33,222 nt of DNA from Lentisphaeria bacterium. Its GTDB lineage: Bacteria > Verrucomicrobiota > Lentisphaeria > JABSQK01 > JAWLHB01. Where the stretch lies: positions 62,001 to 95,222 of the forward strand of contig JAWLHB010000031.1 in assembly GCA_041690595.1 (NCBI GenBank), given 5' to 3'. The notes beneath the pieces are model-generated. The model saw only the letters and a list, made by a program, of their open reading frames with translations, was not told the origin of the DNA and ran no database searches. Below are positions 28,788-33,222 of this stretch, one piece after another; positions within the stretch are counted from its first letter, which is position 1; each line of letters starts with the position of its first letter. The position numbers and the translations under genes are program-made.

Positions 28788-28829
28788 GAGCCGGCATCCG
28801 TTAACCCTTCATCTTCCCCGGGTGTATTC

Positions 28830-30314
28830 ATGAATATTGTCTTCATCATGACCGACACGCAGAACCGCGATATGGTCGGTGCGTATGGTAATGCCGGAAT
28901 GGATACACCGAATCTGGATCGGCTGGCGGCGGAGGGGGTGCGTTTCGATCGCGCCTACACAACCTGCCCCCTCTGTACGCCGGCACGCAGCGCCATCTTC
29001 AGCGGCACCCAACCGACGGTGAACGGCGCCTGGTGCAACAATGTACCTCCTTACTCCACCATCCCCCTCATGGGGACCATCTTCCGGCACTACGGCTACC
29101 GTGCCGCCTATACCGGCAAGTGGCATCTCGATGGCTCCGGCTATTTCGGCGACGGCCAACCGGGCGGTGGTTTCGAGGAAGAGTGGTGGTACGACGGCAA
29201 GCGCTACGCTCAGGAGATTGGCCAGGGCATGTTCAGCGCCTACCGCACCTGCCGGAACGCCGATGAGCTGCGCGCCGCCGGCTTCGAAGCGTCCACCATC
29301 TGGGGTCATCGGGTCACGGACCGGGCCATCGACTTTCTGGAGCGCGTGGGCGACGAGCCCTTTGTTCTGGCTGTCTCCTACGACGAACCGCACGAACCTT
29401 ATGTCGCTCCTCCCGAGTATTGGGATAACTTCGACACCAGCGTCATTCCCAGGCGCCCCAACTTCGCTGCCAGCCTCGCAGGCAAGCCACAACTGCAGCA
29501 TGTGCAGAATCACCAGCGTCCCATCGATGGCGCCAACTGGGAAGCCTATCGAGAGGGCAAGCGGCGGCACTACGGCTGCAATGCCTTCATCGACCGAGAG
29601 ATCGGGCGCGTCATCCAAGCCGTCGAGGCTCTCCATGGCGACGACACGACCATCATCTACACCAGCGATCATGGGGACATGCAGGGTTCCCATGGCCTCA
29701 CCTCCAAGGGGCCGATGATGTACGAGGAGGTCGCCAACATCCCCTTTATCGTGCGCATGCCCGGCGGCAGCTCCGGCGCCGTCAGCACCTCCCTCGTCTC
29801 GCACCTCGACATCCTGCCGACGATGCTGGAGCTGGCCGGCATTCCGCGCCCGGAGTCCCTGCACGGCCTCAGCCTCTTACCGACGCTGCGCGATCCCGCC
29901 GCCGCTCCCCGCCGGAACGCCCTCATCGGCTTCACCCGCTTCGCCATCAACCACGACGACTGGGGCGAGTTCTACCCCATTCGCTGCATCACCGACGGCA
30001 GGTACAAGCTCGCTATCAACCTCTTCGACACCGACGAGTTCTACGACCTCGCCGTCGATCCCTTCGAAATGACCAACGCCATCGAAGATGCAGCCACCGC
30101 CGACATTCGCGATGGCCTCCACGAGGCCATGCTAGCGGAGATGGATCGCATTCGCGACCCCTTCCGTTCCTACCACTGGGGCGCCCGCCCATGGCACACC
30201 ATCCGCCGCCCCTTCTACCATGGCGGTGCCCGACGCAATCCCCCCGCCGGCTTCCCCTTTCAGCCCATCTCCCTCGAAGCCGACGGCACCCTCTCCAACG
30301 CTTCCCCCAGCTGA
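28830..30314 (+). CDS. Cys-type (formylglycine) sulfatase, YidJ-like
   Basis: 'FIMTDTQ', CTPAR signature, 'YTGKWHLDG..YFG', 'SYDEPH', 'TSDHGDM'. No signal peptide. Confidence 0.93.
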   Translation: MNIVFIMTDTQNRDMVGAYGNAGMDTPNLDRLAAEGVRFDRAYTTCPLCTPARSAIFSGTQPTVNGAWCNNVPPYSTIPLMGTIFRHYGYRAAYTGKWHLDGSGYFGDGQPGGGFEEEWWYDGKRYAQEIGQGMFSAYRTCRNADELRAAGFEASTIWGHRVTDRAIDFLERVGDEPFVLAVSYDEPHEPYVAPPEYWDNFDTSVIPRRPNFAASLAGKPQLQHVQNHQRPIDGANWEAYREGKRRHYGCNAFIDREIGRVIQAVEALHGDDTTIIYTSDHGDMQGSHGLTSKGPMMYEEVANIPFIVRMPGGSSGAVSTSLVSHLDILPTMLELAGIPRPESLHGLSLLPTLRDPAAAPRRNALIGFTRFAINHDDWGEFYPIRCITDGRYKLAINLFDTDEFYDLAVDPFEMTNAIEDAATADIRDGLHEAMLAEMDRIRDPFRSYHWGARPWHTIRRPFYHGGARRNPPAGFPFQPISLEADGTLSNASPS

Positions 30315-30437
30315 CACCATTACCGCGCCCTACCACGACTCCGTCAGCCCTCCGACATGGGGTTTTATCCTCGCGGCGAGGCTATATAGTAGGTTTGATG
30401 CTCATGTATGGTGTAATCAACCGGTGGGGAGAATCCG

Positions 30438-32732
30438 ATGAGGAAGCCGAAGGATATTTATGGGGATGGACGGGCGCTGGACCTTTACGGCGGGCTGACG
30501 AGCGGAGCGCATGAAGCGGTTTCCTCCGTGGGAGTGGAGGAGGCGAGCGGGGAGATGACGAGGATCACCCGAGAGTGGAAGGTGAGGATGGAGCCCTCCG
30601 CCACGGAGATGATGCGGGTGGCGGCGCGTGATCTGGAGCGCTTCCTGAAGGAGGGTTTGAACGTGACGCTGCGCGGCAGGCGCACGACGCGGCAGGTGCT
30701 GCGGGTTGTGGTGGATGCGGTGCGGGGAAGTGTCTCTGGCGACTCGGCGCGGGAGCATGTGATTACGGTGGGTGCGGAGGAGATCGAGATTGTGGGGGCG
30801 ACGGAATGGGGGGCGGCGTGCGGACTGTACCATGTGCAGCGGCTGCTGAAACTGCGTGGGGCGCGGTGGCTGCCGCGGGGGGAGATTCGGGCGCACACAC
30901 GGCTGGAACCGGCGATCACCAGCCTGGCCTTCAAGCGTGGCGCCACGGGAAGCCTCGATTACCCGTTGGCCTATCATGACAACTACCTGATCCGCCTGGC
31001 GCGAGCGGGCTACAGCGGCTTTCATGTCGATCCGGGATTCGAGCTGTTCTTCCGATCGGAGCTGCTGCCCGAGTTGGATCATCCGAAGGCGGATGCGAAT
31101 CTGGGGATTCTGGCGAAGATTGTGGCGCGGGCGCGGAAGTACGGGCTGAAGGTCTTCCTGACGCCATATCTCCCTTTCCTGCCGGTCGATCATGCGGTCT
31201 TCCAGCGTCATCCCGAGGTGCTGGGCAGCGAGCTGAGCGCCAGCAAGGGGCTGCATGTGCTGTGCACGGGCCAGGAGCGGGTCCAACGCTTTTACGAGGA
31301 GCAGGCCGCGCGGCTTTTCCGGCTGGCTCCCGGCTTGGGAGGACTCTTCCTGATCAGCGGCGGGGAAGCGTTTCTGCACTGCTATACGGCGCCGCGGTTC
31401 CGGCCCGAAAACAGCACGCAATGCCCCGTGTGCCGAAAGCGGGATCCGGCAACGAGTGTCGCCGAGTTGGTCAACGGCATCGCCAGGGTCGTCAAGGAGG
31501 TGGCGCCGGAGGGGATGGTGGTGGTCTGGACGTATAACGCCTTCACCTGGTCACCAACGCCGGCGGCGGCGGCGCATGTGGCGGCGCTGTCGGAGGATTG
31601 CATCTACATGGGCAATTTCGATACGGGGGATCCGATCGAGCGTGAGGGGGTGACCAGCGTGTCGGGAGATTACAGCCTGACGGTGATCGGCCCGGGGGGG
31701 ACGTATGCGCAGGAGTCGCGGGCGGCGCTGGCGAAGGGGTTGAAGGTGATGGCAAAGGTTGAGAGCGGCTGTCCGCGGGAGATCCACGGCATACCGAGCA
31801 TTCCGGCCATGACGCGCTGGGGGGAGAAGTATGCGAGGGTGATCGCCAGCGGGGCGACGGGAGCGATGTTTTCCTGGCAGTTCAGCGGCTTTACGGAGAG
31901 CCTGTCGGAAGAGCTGGCCGGGTGGATGAGCTGGAGTCCCTGCCTGCCCGTGCCGGCCTTGCTGGAACGGCTGGCAGCGCGTGACTTCGGGACGAAGCGC
32001 ACCGCGGGCGTGATGGATGCATGGCGCTGCTTCGACAGGGCGATGGAGAGCTTTCCCTTTTCGAGTTGGACGTCGAGCTTTCGGCAAGGCCCTTTCTCGA
32101 TCGGCTTCGCGCAGCCGCTGATTCTCGACACGTCGAAGCCGGGAGAGCTTCCGGAAACGTTCTGGCTGCGTGGGTCGAAGGAGCGGCCGCGCTTCATCAG
32201 CGACCTGCACTGGACGCATCCCTTCGGCGTGGATGGCTGCCTTGCATCTCTGAAGAAGAGTGAGCATGTCTGGCTGGAAGGGTGCGAAGCGCTGGAAGCG
32301 CAAATGGCAGAGGAGTCTGGCGATCCAGCGATGGAGAGCCGACTGAAGGCGCACTGGGCGCTGGCCCGATCCATCCTCTGCATGCTGCGGACAGCCATCC
32401 ACACGGTGCGCTTTCTGGAGATTCGCGATCGGTACTTCCGGGAGGCGGCAGACTTGTCGCGGGTACGGCAGCGGCTGACGGAGATGCGGGAGATCGCCAA
32501 GCTGGAGCTGACGAATGCCGAGGATGGGGCCCGGTGCATGCCGCATAACGCGCGGATCGGCTTTGACTACATGAATGACCAGATCGGCTTCTCGGAAGCG
32601 ATGGTGCGGAGCAAGATCGCGCATACGCGGTGGGTGATCGATTGGCAGCTGCCTTACCAGATGTTTCTCCACAGCTATGGGATGTGCTCGCGGGACGAAT
32701 GGATCCGGGACGACGGCAGCCTGTATCGCTGA
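30438..32732 (+). CDS. Hypothetical protein with GH20/GH67-like N-terminal domain and probable TIM barrel
   Basis: 'EIEIVGATEWGAACGLYHVQ', 'ARARKYGLKVF', 'LCTGQERVQRF', 'PGLGGLFLISGGE..LHC', 'CPVC'. RBS GGGAG. Confidence 0.7.
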   Translation: MRKPKDIYGDGRALDLYGGLTSGAHEAVSSVGVEEASGEMTRITREWKVRMEPSATEMMRVAARDLERFLKEGLNVTLRGRRTTRQVLRVVVDAVRGSVSGDSAREHVITVGAEEIEIVGATEWGAACGLYHVQRLLKLRGARWLPRGEIRAHTRLEPAITSLAFKRGATGSLDYPLAYHDNYLIRLARAGYSGFHVDPGFELFFRSELLPELDHPKADANLGILAKIVARARKYGLKVFLTPYLPFLPVDHAVFQRHPEVLGSELSASKGLHVLCTGQERVQRFYEEQAARLFRLAPGLGGLFLISGGEAFLHCYTAPRFRPENSTQCPVCRKRDPATSVAELVNGIARVVKEVAPEGMVVVWTYNAFTWSPTPAAAAHVAALSEDCIYMGNFDTGDPIEREGVTSVSGDYSLTVIGPGGTYAQESRAALAKGLKVMAKVESGCPREIHGIPSIPAMTRWGEKYARVIASGATGAMFSWQFSGFTESLSEELAGWMSWSPCLPVPALLERLAARDFGTKRTAGVMDAWRCFDRAMESFPFSSWTSSFRQGPFSIGFAQPLILDTSKPGELPETFWLRGSKERPRFISDLHWTHPFGVDGCLASLKKSEHVWLEGCEALEAQMAEESGDPAMESRLKAHWALARSILCMLRTAIHTVRFLEIRDRYFREAADLSRVRQRLTEMREIAKLELTNAEDGARCMPHNARIGFDYMNDQIGFSEAMVRSKIAHTRWVIDWQLPYQMFLHSYGMCSRDEWIRDDGSLYR

Positions 32733-32949
32733 AGCGATGGGGGCAGGGGATGCAGCGGGTATTCTTTTCCAGACCGGATTGACTTTTGAGTTATGCATGA
32801 TATATTGCTGGCGATTAACGAGAAGGGGGGGGTGGGGAAGAATGGGAATAAGGGGAAGTATGGGGATGTGCCCCGCGCGTGGTGGGTACGGATGTACACG
32901 AACGAAGCGGAGGAAACAGACGCGAGTGGGTGGCGCCGCGGGACCGAGG

Positions 32950-33222
32950 TTTCGACCGAGGTTTTTGGGAGTGGGCGAGCGCAGGGGGTGCCACTCAGGC
33001 GAGTGGCGTGCCCGGGATTGCGGGCGAGCGTTGGTGGAGGGCCGGGCGTTGGATGGTGGGCGACGCGAGTATGGGTGCGTTGGGGGCGACATTTCGACCG
33101 AGGTTTTTGGGCGAAGCGCAGGAGGGTGCCACTCAGGCGAGTGGCGTGCCCGGGATTGCGGGCGAGCGTTGGTGGAGGGCCGGGCGTTGGATGGTGGGCG
33201 ACGCGAGTATGGGTGCGTTGGG
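32950..33222. repeat. G-rich tandem repeat, unit ~138-142 bp, with internal hairpin; truncated by the window end
   Basis: Copies start at 32950 and 33092 (TTTCGACCGAGGTTTTTGGG); 32986-33084 recurs exactly at 33124-33222. Each copy contains GCCACTC-AGGC-GAGTGGC. Confidence 0.9.

Noticed and set aside
30340..30437. oriC or dif at the skew switch
   Set aside because: No cluster of DnaA boxes (only TTATCCTCG, two mismatches), no convincing XerC/D dif site, and no dnaA-region genes.
32950..33222. CRISPR array
   Set aside because: Sequence between hairpins is identical rather than unique spacers, the unit is about 140 bp, and no cas genes are present.

Overview
High-GC bacterial chromosomal window. 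A PVC-superphylum origin (Lentisphaerae/Verrucomicrobia-like) is inferred from the dnaK-groES-groEL gene order with a sigma-54-type promoter and from the many DUF4838-like, BNR and sulfatase genes. In order it carries: a 5'-truncated GH4 hydrolase, an aldo/keto reductase, small hypothetical genes, the dnaK-groES-groEL operon, three secreted putative carbohydrate-active proteins, SUFU / BNR / O-antigen-ligase-like genes, a FecR - caspase/transglutaminase/TPR lipoprotein - pyrC operon, larC, a collapsed defence locus (hsdR with two internal deletions, intact dinD, hsdS stub, frameshifted DUF932-like gene, HARE-HTH stub, 51-bp dinD copy), a YidJ-like sulfatase, a large GH-like protein, and a G-rich ~140-bp tandem repeat at the right edge. 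The strongest leads are the sigma-54/IHF/tandem-enhancer architecture upstream of dnaK, the FecR-coupled lipoprotein with two Cys-type catalytic domains, the mosaic of defence-gene fragments, and an abrupt C-to-G skew flip near 30.35 kb. All family calls come from motif recognition; no database searches were run.
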